A stretch of 64,000 nucleotides of DNA from a virus, in the IMG/VR virus record IMGVR_UViG_3300025687_005582, positions 1-64,000 of that record. One strand, given 5' to 3'. The position numbers were made by a program, and so were the translations under genes. Below the pieces are notes generated by a model. It was given only the letters and a program-made list of their open reading frames with translations, was not told the DNA's origin and searched no databases. Shown here piece by piece: positions 7,949 through 17,631 of the stretch (positions are counted from its first letter, which is position 1; each line of letters opens with the position of its first letter).

Positions 7949-8191
7949 ATGAGTAGTAACATGATGGCTGAACAGTTAGTGCGAGCAACACTTGCTCGAT
8001 TTGAGGCAGATAGACAGGAAGCTATCGCTGTTATTGAGTTATATCTAAACAATCCAGCGGGTGTAGCAGAGCACCCAACTATTGTTAATGAGATCTCGAC
8101 TGCGATCAGAAATCTATCACATGCCGAGGAGGCGATCTCAGCCATTGAGAGAAACTTTTTATCCCGACCGGGAACAGACGAAGATGAGTAA
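7949..8191 (+). CDS. Small helical hypothetical phage protein
   Basis: AAGGAG RBS; YLNNPAGVAEHP motif. Confidence 0.65.
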   Translation: MSSNMMAEQLVRATLARFEADRQEAIAVIELYLNNPAGVAEHPTIVNEISTAIRNLSHAEEAISAIERNFLSRPGTDEDE

Positions 8192-8702
8192 CGATCCAAG
8201 ACCTACTCCTTATACTACTGTTTGTGTATCAGGAGGTTTTGATCCTGTCCATATTGGGCACCTTCGTATGATTCAGGAAGCAGCAGAATACGGTCACGTT
8301 ATTGTTATTGTAAACTCTGACGATTGGCTAATGCGAAAGAAGGGTTACATTTTTATGCCTTTTGAGGAGCGTTGTGAGATCTTAAAAGGATTTACAGCAA
8401 CAAGCAAAACTACTTTTGTAGATGATACAGATGGAACTGTATGCGAAGCTCTCCGACGTATTAAGCCAAACTATTTTGCTAATGGCGGCGATCGCAAAAC
8501 GAACAATACGCCAGAGATGGATGTTTGTGAAGAGTTGGGAATTGAGATGCTTTGGGGTGTTGGAGGAGGAAAGATACAAAGTTCCTCAACATTAGTATCA
8601 GATGCCGGAATGAGCCCAAATCATTTTGAGGATGACGAGGTACAACCCTCAAAAGTAGAAATCGTTCAATCTGGCGATATTCCAAAAGTAGGAGATTATT
8701 AA
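8184..8702 (+). CDS. Cytidylyltransferase/adenylyltransferase (TagD/RfaE-II-like)
   Basis: SGGFDPVHIGH, VNSD, ER, ANGGDR, KIQSSS; ORF track 8082, ATG8184 preferred. Confidence 0.9.
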   Translation: MSNDPRPTPYTTVCVSGGFDPVHIGHLRMIQEAAEYGHVIVIVNSDDWLMRKKGYIFMPFEERCEILKGFTATSKTTFVDDTDGTVCEALRRIKPNYFANGGDRKTNNTPEMDVCEELGIEMLWGVGGGKIQSSSTLVSDAGMSPNHFEDDEVQPSKVEIVQSGDIPKVGDY

Positions 8703-8737
8703 AAGCTGTTCTCTATTTACTATAGAACGGGGTCTTA

Positions 8738-10057
8738 ATGAGCCGCAAAAAGATTTACGTGTTAGATACCAGCGTTTATCTAACAAACGCAGACGCAATA
8801 TACGCTTTTAAAAATCACGATATTTATGTTCCTCTGAAAGTATTTGAGGAGATTGATAAACACAAGAAACGCCAAGATCTTGTTGGAGCACAGGCACGAA
8901 AGATTATTCGTATCTGGGATGAGCTTCGCTCTAAAGGATGCCTTAAAAAGGGTGTTCGTATTCGCCAAGGTCTTGGTATTATCAAATCTGTATCTGCATC
9001 TGATATAGATCGAGACGATTTACCGCCTGATTTAGATATCAAGATCCCAGATCATCTTATTATCGCCACAGCAAGAACAGTTGCGAGAGAATCAGAAAGA
9101 AAAGTTATTCTTGTTTCTCGCGACATCAATATGCGCGTTATTGCTGACGCGATTGGGTTGCCTTGCGAGGACTTCCAAAACCAACAGATTGTTGACGACA
9201 GCGACAGCATTTACACTGGCTTTACAGAAGTTCTTGTAGATGATGAGATTGTTGATCAGTTTTATGAGAAAAAAGACGTTTATCTTGCTGGTCTCAATCT
9301 CAAAACAAACGAATATGTAATGCTTATCTCTAACGCAAACGAAAAGAAAACAGCGTTGGGTAGATACATAAATGAGAGCACACCCATTCGTCAGCTTTAC
9401 AAGGACAAAAAAGGTGTGTGGGGCATCAAACCAAGAAACAAAGAACAATCTTTCTTGATTGATGCTCTTATGGATCCGAACATCGAGGTGGTTACAGCCA
9501 TCGGCAAAGCAGGTAGTGGTAAGACGCTCTGTGCGATCGCTGCAGCGCTTGAACAGACCTTGGACGACAGATCATCCGTCTACACTCGTGTAATCGTTTC
9601 TAGACCCGTACAGCCGCTTGGAAAGGACATAGGCTTTTTGCCGGGAACAATGGAAGAAAAAATGTCTCCTTGGCTGATGCCTATTCAGGATAACCTTCAA
9701 ACTCTTATGGGTAATGATAAGGTTACACTTGATATGTATATGGAACAAGGCACTATTGAGATTGAAGCAATCACTTATATTCGTGGTCGCTCTATTGGAA
9801 AAGCCTTTATTATTATTGATGAGGCACAAAACTTGACAACTCACGAACTAAAGACTATCATTACAAGAGTTGGTGAAGGAACAAAGATTGTGCTAACAGG
9901 CGATGTAGAACAGATTGATAACGTCTACATAGATGCTACAACAAATGGTCTTACTCACGCTGTTGAGAAGTTTAAAGACTTTGAGTTAGCCGCTCACGTA
10001 ACCTTATTAAAGGGTGAGCGTTCAAGAGTTGCTACTTTCGCCGCACAAAATCTGTGA
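8738..10057 (+). CDS. phoH: PIN-PhoH protein (PhoH2/YlaK-like)
   Basis: N-terminal PIN domain (VLDTSV, EEID, DHLI, SRDINMR); Walker A GKAGSGKT; RGRS; IIDEAQN; GDVEQID. Confidence 0.92.
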   Translation: MSRKKIYVLDTSVYLTNADAIYAFKNHDIYVPLKVFEEIDKHKKRQDLVGAQARKIIRIWDELRSKGCLKKGVRIRQGLGIIKSVSASDIDRDDLPPDLDIKIPDHLIIATARTVARESERKVILVSRDINMRVIADAIGLPCEDFQNQQIVDDSDSIYTGFTEVLVDDEIVDQFYEKKDVYLAGLNLKTNEYVMLISNANEKKTALGRYINESTPIRQLYKDKKGVWGIKPRNKEQSFLIDALMDPNIEVVTAIGKAGSGKTLCAIAAALEQTLDDRSSVYTRVIVSRPVQPLGKDIGFLPGTMEEKMSPWLMPIQDNLQTLMGNDKVTLDMYMEQGTIEIEAITYIRGRSIGKAFIIIDEAQNLTTHELKTIITRVGEGTKIVLTGDVEQIDNVYIDATTNGLTHAVEKFKDFELAAHVTLLKGERSRVATFAAQNL

Positions 10058-10064
10058 GGTTAAA

Positions 10065-10307
10065 ATGGAAAACGAGAATTTAAATGAGGTTGTGAGCACC
10101 GATACAGGGCTCAAACAGTTAGTTGTTAATTATATTGGCGAGAGGCTGGCTAGATCCGAAGAGATCACAGTCGATATGATTGTCGAGGTCTTTGCAGCCG
10201 AGTTCCCAGAGTTTCTGTTGGTTGTAGCGGAAGAAAACTTTCTTCGCGGATATGAGCAAGCACTAACAGACATTCAACTAACAACAAGGGAAACCAAAAG
10301 TGTTTAA
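10065..10307 (+). CDS. Hypothetical protein
   Basis: ATG10065 after GAGGT; ORF track 10014..10307. Confidence 0.65.
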   Translation: MENENLNEVVSTDTGLKQLVVNYIGERLARSEEITVDMIVEVFAAEFPEFLLVVAEENFLRGYEQALTDIQLTTRETKSV

Positions 10308-10932
10308 CAGGGAATATCATATTCATCATATTCCTGTTTTTGTTTTTGGTGAGACAGAACCACAAGTAAATATCCCAAGCTTCTGTGAGCAAATCAAAGA
10401 AATGCTACCAAGTTGTGTACTGCGAAATGTAGATGTTTGTTACATCTCTGATAATCCAATCTTAGATGGACGCAATGCTGCTTACAACGACGGCGCCATT
10501 TATATGAAACTGAATGAGCCGACAAACGAAGATATGATTGAAAACTTTGTTCACGAAGTAGCACACGCTGTAGAGTTAGAAGATCCTCACTTTATTTATG
10601 ACGACAGACTAATAGCAGAGTTCGCTGGAAAAAGAAGTCGTCTCTACCATCTTTTAACTGCCGAAGGTTTCAATGAGATGCCTCAGAGAAGATATGATTA
10701 CCTTGAATACAATGAAGCATTTGATAACTTTTTAGCTAATGTGGTTGGATACCCAACGTTACTAAACATAACGATGGGTTTATTTTGCTCTCCATACGCT
10801 GCTACCTCTATTCAGGAATACTTTGCTAACGGTTTTGAAAAATACTTTACAGAAGGTCCTCGCTATGTTAAAAATATAAGCCCGGTTCTATACCAGAAAG
10901 TAGTAGCAATCCTGAATGACGACAAGCAATAA
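10300..10932 (+). CDS. Zincin-like metallopeptidase
   Basis: FVHEVAH (HExxH) with downstream EYFANGF as third-ligand motif. Confidence 0.7.
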   Translation: MFNREYHIHHIPVFVFGETEPQVNIPSFCEQIKEMLPSCVLRNVDVCYISDNPILDGRNAAYNDGAIYMKLNEPTNEDMIENFVHEVAHAVELEDPHFIYDDRLIAEFAGKRSRLYHLLTAEGFNEMPQRRYDYLEYNEAFDNFLANVVGYPTLLNITMGLFCSPYAATSIQEYFANGFEKYFTEGPRYVKNISPVLYQKVVAILNDDKQ

Positions 10933-11701
10933 AACACACATATCATATTCCGAACTAAAAGATTGGGCACATTGCCCTCATTACCACAAGAAAAACTGGA
11001 TTGAAAAGGTTGCTTCATTTGAAGGCAACGAATACACCGCGTTTGGAACTGCTATCCACGATGTATGCGAGAAGAAGCTTTTGCGCGAGAACGTAGACGA
11101 AGTAAAGGTATTCCAGATCGGCTTCGATGAGGAACTACAAAAACTTGCCGAAAAAAATATCGAAGTAAATGAGAAGAATGTCGAGCAGATGCGCTCTGCT
11201 GGACCTCAAATACTTGCTGAGGTAGAAGATGCTCTTGGAGAATACTTTGGAGATTATGAGGTATACTCTTCCGAGGAACTTCTATACGAAGAGATAGAAA
11301 ACTTTGGATATAACTTTAAAGGTTTTGTTGATGCCGTCGTTAAGGTGGGAGACAAATATCACATCTTTGACTGGAAGACTTGCTCTTGGGGCTGGGATTC
11401 GCGCAAGAAGGCAGAGAAGATGGTCACATACCAGCTTACTTTATACAAGCACTTCTTTTGCCAGAAGCATAATCTAGACCCCAAAGATGTAGAAACTCAC
11501 TTTGCTTTGTTGAAAAGAACAGCAAAAAGTAACAGAGTAGAGATATTTAGAGTAACGAGCGGACCGAAAAAAACTGAAAACGCTCTTAAACTTTTATATC
11601 AAGCAATATACAATATCCAAAAGGGCATCGCATTCAAGAATCGACTTAAGTGCTTGAAGCCTTATCCCTGTTCGTTGCGCAACACTGAACACTGCAGATA
11701 G
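10916..11701 (+). CDS. PD-(D/E)XK nuclease, Cas4/RecB-like
   Basis: ISYS..CP, FGTAIH, GFVD..DWKT, QLTLY, C-terminal C-x5-C-x7-C. Confidence 0.85.
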   Translation: MTTSNKTHISYSELKDWAHCPHYHKKNWIEKVASFEGNEYTAFGTAIHDVCEKKLLRENVDEVKVFQIGFDEELQKLAEKNIEVNEKNVEQMRSAGPQILAEVEDALGEYFGDYEVYSSEELLYEEIENFGYNFKGFVDAVVKVGDKYHIFDWKTCSWGWDSRKKAEKMVTYQLTLYKHFFCQKHNLDPKDVETHFALLKRTAKSNRVEIFRVTSGPKKTENALKLLYQAIYNIQKGIAFKNRLKCLKPYPCSLRNTEHCR

Positions 11702-11709
11702 GAATTTTA

Positions 11710-12960
11710 ATGTCAGATAAAATAAAGATCTTTACGATCAGCGACCACCCGCTGTCTCCGAGTGGTGTCGGAACTCAAACAAAGTACATGATTGAAGGAA
11801 TGTTGAAGACTGGTAAGTACCAGTTTGTTTCTTTTGGAGGTGCCGTAAAACACCAAAACTATGACCCACAGAGAACCGAGCAGTGGGGTGAAGACTGGAT
11901 TATATGGCCAGTTGACGGTTACGGAAATCAGGACATGGTCCGTGCTATGGTTCAACAACAGAAGCCAGATATTCTTTGGTTTATGACAGATCCTCGTTTT
12001 TACGGTTGGCTTTGGGCGATCGAGAATGAGATTCGAGCACATGTTCCGATGGTTTACTACCACGTTTGGGACAACTATCCGTATCCTAAGTTTAATCGTA
12101 AGTTCTATCTTTCCAATGATCATATTGCTTGCATATCAAAGCTTACGCACGATATTGCACAAACTGTGGCGCCAGAAGTTGATTCTTCCTATATCCCTCA
12201 CGCAGTTGACCCGGATATCTTTAAGACTTTCCCTAAAGAAAAGGTCACCACTTGGCGTAAGGAAAAGAATCTAGATGATAAGTTTGTATGTATGTGGAAC
12301 AGCCGTAATGCTCGCCGTAAGCAGTCTGGAACTCTAATCTGGTGGTTTAAGGAGTTCTTAGATAGAGTTGGGCATGATAAAGCATGCCTTATCATGCATA
12401 CTGATGTTAAAGACCAACACGGCCAAGATCTAGAAGCAATTATTCACGATCTTGGTTTAACGAACGGTGAAGTTCTATTCTCGCAAGAAAAGGTTGGTGC
12501 TGGAGATTTAGCAGCAATATATAACATGGCTGATATAACTCTGTGCATTTCTGATGCTGAAGGATTCGGGCTTTCAACTTTAGAATCTTTGTCTTGTGGT
12601 ACTCCAATCGTCGTTAACATGACAGGAGGATTACAAGATCAAGTCACAGATGGTGAACAGTTTTTTGGTATTGGATTAACACCATCTTCAAAATCTATCA
12701 TCGGCTCTCAGCAAGTACCATACATCTATGAAGATAGGCTAAATAAAGACGATTTTGTAAACGCACTGGTTGAGATGTACGAGATGGGAGCAGAAAAGAG
12801 AGAAGCACTCGGTCAAGCAGGACAAGCCTGGACAAGAGACCGATTTAACTTTGATAAGTTCGTAACAAATTGGGATGAGCTTTTCACTACAATCTATGAG
12901 GAGAAAGGTTCCTGGGCTGACCGAAAAGGATACACAGCCTATGAGGTAAGGAAGTTTTAA
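11710..12960 (+). CDS. Glycosyltransferase, GT4 (GT-B)
   Basis: YIPHAVD, RNARRK, EGFGLSTLESLSCGTP (Ex7E). Confidence 0.9.
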   Translation: MSDKIKIFTISDHPLSPSGVGTQTKYMIEGMLKTGKYQFVSFGGAVKHQNYDPQRTEQWGEDWIIWPVDGYGNQDMVRAMVQQQKPDILWFMTDPRFYGWLWAIENEIRAHVPMVYYHVWDNYPYPKFNRKFYLSNDHIACISKLTHDIAQTVAPEVDSSYIPHAVDPDIFKTFPKEKVTTWRKEKNLDDKFVCMWNSRNARRKQSGTLIWWFKEFLDRVGHDKACLIMHTDVKDQHGQDLEAIIHDLGLTNGEVLFSQEKVGAGDLAAIYNMADITLCISDAEGFGLSTLESLSCGTPIVVNMTGGLQDQVTDGEQFFGIGLTPSSKSIIGSQQVPYIYEDRLNKDDFVNALVEMYEMGAEKREALGQAGQAWTRDRFNFDKFVTNWDELFTTIYEEKGSWADRKGYTAYEVRKF

Positions 12961-14246
12961 TGTTAAAAAGAGTATTAGTTAAGGGCCCAGTCCTATCAAG
13001 ATCTGGATATGGTGAGCAAGCACGATTCGCGGTCAGAGCTTTATTATCAAGGCAAGATCTTTTTGATGTTCATCTTGTTAACATTTCGTGGGGTCGTACA
13101 GGCCAGCTTATAGGCGATGATGAGGAGACACAATTATTTAATGAACTATTACAGAAAACGGCTCAATATGTAAGAAAAGGTGGCCAGTTTGATATATCAG
13201 TTCAAGTAACGATTCCGAATGAGTTTGAGAAGATTGCACCAGTTAATATTGGTTACACAGCTGGAATCGAAACAACCAAAGTAGCTCCTGAATGGATCGA
13301 TAAAGTTAATAACTTAATCGATAAGGTTATTGTAGTATCAAACCATTCAAAGAATGTCTTTGAACAAACAACATACGTTGTTCAAAATAATGCAACAGGA
13401 GAGCAAAACCCTAACTGGGGAGTTACAAAGCCAATAGAAGTCGTCAACTATCCGGTTCGTGATTTTGAACCTGAAGAAGTGAACATTGAGTTTGATACTA
13501 GTAAAAACTTTTTAGTTGTCGCTCAGTGGGGCCCTCGTAAGAATCTACAAAATACTATTAAATGGTTTATTGAAACTTTTAGAGACGATGAAGAAGTAGG
13601 TCTCGTATTGAAAACAAGCATTGCTTCCGATTCAGCTATGGATCGTATCGATACGATTAGTAATCTACAGAAGTTTTTAGATTCCTTGGGAGATAAGAAG
13701 TGCTCTGTTTACCTTATTCATGGAGAACTGACTCCTGGGCAGCTTACATGGCTATATGAGCATCGCACGATGAAGGGTCTTATTAACATTGGTCACGGAG
13801 AAGGGTATGGTTTACCGCTATTCGAAGCGGCTTATAATGGTTTGCCTCTTATTACGACAGCGTGGTCTGGACAAATGGATTTTATTTGTAAGCCAAACAG
13901 TAAGGGTAAAATGATTCCTCGCGTGAATAGAGTAGATTATGATATTGAAACAGTTCAAAAGAATGTTGTTTGGAAAGGCGTAATCCAAGCGGATTCCAAG
14001 TGGGCCTATGCAAAAGAGAGGTCCTACAAGAGAGCATTGAAAGATGCTTTGGAAAAAGAAGAGTTTTACCGAAAAGAAGCAGCGGCACTTCGCAGTTACA
14101 TTCGTAGTAATTTTACGGTAGAAAAAATATATTCTGATTTTGTCGACAACATCTGGAAACCGTCAGAGTCCGAGATTCAGGATATGGAAAATGCTGCTTT
14201 AGCAGACTCATCAATGCTGGCCGCGCTAGGAAGCTTGCAGACATGA
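12960..14246 (+). CDS. Glycosyltransferase, GT4 (GT-B)
   Basis: SRSGYG, PRKN, GEGYGLPLFEAAYNGLP. Confidence 0.88.
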   Translation: MLKRVLVKGPVLSRSGYGEQARFAVRALLSRQDLFDVHLVNISWGRTGQLIGDDEETQLFNELLQKTAQYVRKGGQFDISVQVTIPNEFEKIAPVNIGYTAGIETTKVAPEWIDKVNNLIDKVIVVSNHSKNVFEQTTYVVQNNATGEQNPNWGVTKPIEVVNYPVRDFEPEEVNIEFDTSKNFLVVAQWGPRKNLQNTIKWFIETFRDDEEVGLVLKTSIASDSAMDRIDTISNLQKFLDSLGDKKCSVYLIHGELTPGQLTWLYEHRTMKGLINIGHGEGYGLPLFEAAYNGLPLITTAWSGQMDFICKPNSKGKMIPRVNRVDYDIETVQKNVVWKGVIQADSKWAYAKERSYKRALKDALEKEEFYRKEAAALRSYIRSNFTVEKIYSDFVDNIWKPSESEIQDMENAALADSSMLAALGSLQT

Positions 14247-14911
14247 ATATAGGTGTTGTTCAGATTACTTCTGATTTTAATAGTGCCGATCATCCACGAT
14301 TTAAGCTTTTAAGAGATGAAATCATCCCGACTTTCTTGAATACGGTTGGCGGTGAAAGATATACTCTTGTTTCACCGGCAAATAAAGAACTTCAGACGCT
14401 TGTAGAGAGCGGTGGAGGAACTTTTGTAGAGTATACGGGGTGGAAGAAGGATAAGTCTAGAAAGTTCCGTGAAGGGCTTCTGACGCGATCTGAAGAGTGG
14501 GTAGCATTTTTGGATGACGATATTCTCCCCGATGCAGATTGGCTAGAAAGATCATCTGAGTTTCTTGCTACAGCGGCCCCAGGACAATACGGATTCCGTT
14601 TAACGGATGCAGACGGTAACAGACACGAGTTCGGTGAAGATTGGATGCAGTTTGCTAGCCCTCGATTTGGTTTAAGACATAGAGGACTTCGATATGATAT
14701 AAGCTCGAACTACATTGAACAATCCCCTACTTCTTATGTTGCTAACTCTTTTGTCCATGAAGAGACTTATAACATGGTTCAACCATTCGGCATCTTCGGA
14801 AAAGCACCTGATGTTAGTTGGAGTTTCGCGATTAAAGAAGCAGGATTCCCAGTAGGGTTTATACTTCAAGCAAGAGCATATCACCTTGGAGACAGGAAAG
14901 ATAATAGATAA
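14243..14911 (+). CDS. GT-A fold glycosyltransferase (GT2-like)
   Basis: WVAFLDDD (DxD), PDVSWS..IKEAGF, terminal His. Confidence 0.7.
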   Translation: MNIGVVQITSDFNSADHPRFKLLRDEIIPTFLNTVGGERYTLVSPANKELQTLVESGGGTFVEYTGWKKDKSRKFREGLLTRSEEWVAFLDDDILPDADWLERSSEFLATAAPGQYGFRLTDADGNRHEFGEDWMQFASPRFGLRHRGLRYDISSNYIEQSPTSYVANSFVHEETYNMVQPFGIFGKAPDVSWSFAIKEAGFPVGFILQARAYHLGDRKDNR

Positions 14912-14913
14912 AA

Positions 14914-15582
14914 ATGATAAGTCGAGTAGTTGTGTGCGGATCAAAGCCGTATTCAAACGTTGATTTTGATCCTCTTGTAGACTCGATGGAACTTATAGTC
15001 AGAAATAACATGTTATTGCCTGGAGATGGTTATGGCAATAGAGAGTCAGATTATCAAGTCTTAAACTCACATGTCTTCAACCACTACAAAAGTGATGCTC
15101 CATTGGAGAAATGGATCTCTTTTTATCATAAAAAATATAAAATGCCGATAGAGCATTTAGAACGATTCAAAAAATACACAACAGAATCTACCAAAACACA
15201 GTTTGTAAACTTTCACAATAATAACATCGAAGTTTTTAGAAACCATTTAGCAAAAAATAATATTAATTTTAGACTCGTAAAAGAGCTGAGATGCGGATTT
15301 TCATTTATTGGAGAATGTTTAAAGGCTCAAAAGATACCAATTTTAGTAGGGTTTTCCTTAATAGAACAAGATTTTAGCCGCCATGCCTACAATGGACATA
15401 GTTCTGGAGTATGTCATGATAAAAATCAAGAAATAAAGATGCTAAAGTTACTGCACGAAAGGGGAGAAATAGACGCTTCTTTTTGTGCTTTAAAGGATGA
15501 AAAAGGTTTTGTGTTCGACACAGAGATTCTTGAACCCACTGAAGCTTCAAAACAAATCCTTAAAGAAGTGTACAATCTTTAA
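14914..15582 (+). CDS. GT29 (sialyltransferase)-like protein
   Basis: L-like motif RVVVCGS..VDSMELIVRNN..GYG; S-like motif RCGFSFI..ILVGFS; HAY; VS motif HDKNQE (Hx4E) followed by LKLLHERGEI. Confidence 0.6.
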   Translation: MISRVVVCGSKPYSNVDFDPLVDSMELIVRNNMLLPGDGYGNRESDYQVLNSHVFNHYKSDAPLEKWISFYHKKYKMPIEHLERFKKYTTESTKTQFVNFHNNNIEVFRNHLAKNNINFRLVKELRCGFSFIGECLKAQKIPILVGFSLIEQDFSRHAYNGHSSGVCHDKNQEIKMLKLLHERGEIDASFCALKDEKGFVFDTEILEPTEASKQILKEVYNL

Positions 15583-15591
15583 AGTGGATTA

Positions 15592-15927
15592 ATGAAAATA
15601 TTTGTAGATATTGATGAAACGATTTGTCGTACACCCGGCGATAAAAGTCAAGCAAGAGATTATTCAACAGCAGTTCCGATAAACGATAACATTAAAGCTG
15701 TAAATGAATATTACGATGCAGGCCATGAAATAACATACTGGACTGCACGGGGCACAGTGAGTGGTATAGATTGGTATGATGTAACCAAATCTCAACTTGA
15801 GAGATGGGGAGCGAAGCACCACGACCTAATACTAGGGAAGCCAGCTTATGATCTATACATTGATGATAAATCTATTAATACAAGAACGTGGGAGGAGAGT
15901 GAGAAATGCTTAGAAGAACTGTTGTAG
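15592..15927 (+). CDS. Capless HAD-family phosphatase
   Basis: DIDET, WTARG, GKP..YIDD. Confidence 0.85.
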   Translation: MKIFVDIDETICRTPGDKSQARDYSTAVPINDNIKAVNEYYDAGHEITYWTARGTVSGIDWYDVTKSQLERWGAKHHDLILGKPAYDLYIDDKSINTRTWEESEKCLEELL

Positions 15928-16769
15928 GAATACCAGCTTCATATTCTGAGGATCAAAGTCTAGAAACAGAATCAACCATTAGATATCTATCTTATTTGGA
16001 AGATCAAGGAGTTCACACGGTCATGACGACAGCTGGAACATCTCATTTTAATCTTCTTAATATTGACGAAATACATGCTTTAAATAAGGCTGTGGCCAAC
16101 TCCTTTAAGGGAAATAAGATTATAGGAGTTCCAGCGCTATCAAATCGTGATGCAGTAGCTTTTATTGAGAGAGCAAATGATTATATCGATAGTTCCTGTA
16201 GGCTAATGCTTTTGTATCCTGAAAGATACTATAGCGAGGATGAGATTGTTGACTATATGTCTGATCTACGTAGCCATACAGACAACAAAATATACATACA
16301 CGGGAAAACTATAAGAAACGCTACTGGAGGAAGTTGGGATTACAATGCATCCGTAATCAATAAGCTATACAACTATGGAATCCTTCAAGGAATAAAAGAA
16401 GAGCATTCTAATTTGAGCAAGTCCTATGATTTTGTTAGTGAAATCCACCCTGAAGTAGACGTTATTGTAGCCGGCGGAAGTATGCGCCGATATGAGTATC
16501 TACAGTCAGCCGGTGCAAACAGCTTTTTATCGGGCGTTGGAAATCTCTTTCCAAAAGTAGAGCAGGATTATCTAGACGGATTAACTGCCGATTCTTTAAA
16601 TAAAGAAAAGCAAATGTTTAGTGTATTTATGAAATATGGATGGCATAAATCATTGCGTATAGCTCTGAAATATTTAGATTTAACGTGCTACCATAATCGG
16701 AAACCATGGCCCGCAACTTCTGTACTAGAAGAAGAAGCCATTAAGAAAGTAGTGGAGAATATAAGATGA
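15906..16769 (+). CDS. DHDPS/N-acetylneuraminate lyase family class I aldolase (divergent)
   Basis: TIM-barrel pattern; TAGTSHF at the GxTGE position; Schiff-base lysine in GIKEE; GANSFLSGVGNLFP. Confidence 0.75.
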   Translation: MLRRTVVGIPASYSEDQSLETESTIRYLSYLEDQGVHTVMTTAGTSHFNLLNIDEIHALNKAVANSFKGNKIIGVPALSNRDAVAFIERANDYIDSSCRLMLLYPERYYSEDEIVDYMSDLRSHTDNKIYIHGKTIRNATGGSWDYNASVINKLYNYGILQGIKEEHSNLSKSYDFVSEIHPEVDVIVAGGSMRRYEYLQSAGANSFLSGVGNLFPKVEQDYLDGLTADSLNKEKQMFSVFMKYGWHKSLRIALKYLDLTCYHNRKPWPATSVLEEEAIKKVVENIR

Positions 16770-17536
16770 CAAATAAAGTATGGATCTTGGGCCCCTGTGC
16801 GATGGAAAATCGCGATATGTTTTTAGAGGCTGCGGCCACCATCAATGAAGTTATGGATGACTCTGATGAGTGGTACATGAAAGCTAGTTTTGATAAAGCA
16901 AACAGAACATCACTTCATGGTGCTCGCGGTGCAGGAATGGATGCCGCCGCTTCAGTCTGGAAAGAAGCTCGAAGCCAGTTTCCTAACATGAAGTTTATCA
17001 CGGATGTTCACGAGACACATCAGGTAGAGAAACTCGTTGGCTTGGTTGATGTTATTCAGATTCCTGCTTTCCTGTGCCGGCAAACTGACTTGATTGTTGA
17101 GTGCGCCAAGCACTTTGATAAAATCAACGTGAAGAAGGGTCAGTGGCTTGGGCCTAATAACTTGATTAAGTCTGTCGATAAGATTAAGGAAACAAATCCT
17201 GACTGTGAAGCTTGGATTTGCGATCGAGGGACTAACTTTGGATATCATGATTTGTTTGTTAACTTTGGTATCGTAGATGAACTAAAGGAACATTATGATC
17301 GGGTTATTTTGGATTGTACTCACGCCATTCAGCGATCACGTCAGGTGTATGGTACTCAAGGAGATCGCAATCTTGCAGAGCGTTATTTTGTTGCTGCTGA
17401 TATTTTTAACTACGATGGAGTCTTCGCAGAGGTACACCCACAGCCTGAGTGCGCTATATCCGATGGAGATTGCCAGTTAAGATTGTCTGACCTTGAAGGG
17501 TTGGTCAGTAGAGCAAAGGCTGTAGGGAATGTCTAA
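16766..17536 (+). CDS. kdsA: 3-deoxy-D-manno-octulosonate 8-phosphate synthase
   Basis: GPC, KASFDKANRTS, TDVHE, QIPAFLCRQT, NVKKGQ, DCTH, EVHP..SDG. Confidence 0.92.
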   Translation: MTNKVWILGPCAMENRDMFLEAAATINEVMDDSDEWYMKASFDKANRTSLHGARGAGMDAAASVWKEARSQFPNMKFITDVHETHQVEKLVGLVDVIQIPAFLCRQTDLIVECAKHFDKINVKKGQWLGPNNLIKSVDKIKETNPDCEAWICDRGTNFGYHDLFVNFGIVDELKEHYDRVILDCTHAIQRSRQVYGTQGDRNLAERYFVAADIFNYDGVFAEVHPQPECAISDGDCQLRLSDLEGLVSRAKAVGNV

Positions 17537-17631
17537 GTATAAGTTTTCTTTCCAGCTAAAAATCTTTCCGCTCGCCGGGAAAACGTTGCTTCCACAAAGC
17601 AACTTGATTATAGCCTAGTATTGAGAAGGAA

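Noticed and set aside
10916-11701. CRISPR-Cas system suggested by the Cas4-like nuclease
   Set aside because: No repeat-spacer array or other cas genes seen; solo Cas4-like nucleases are common in phages
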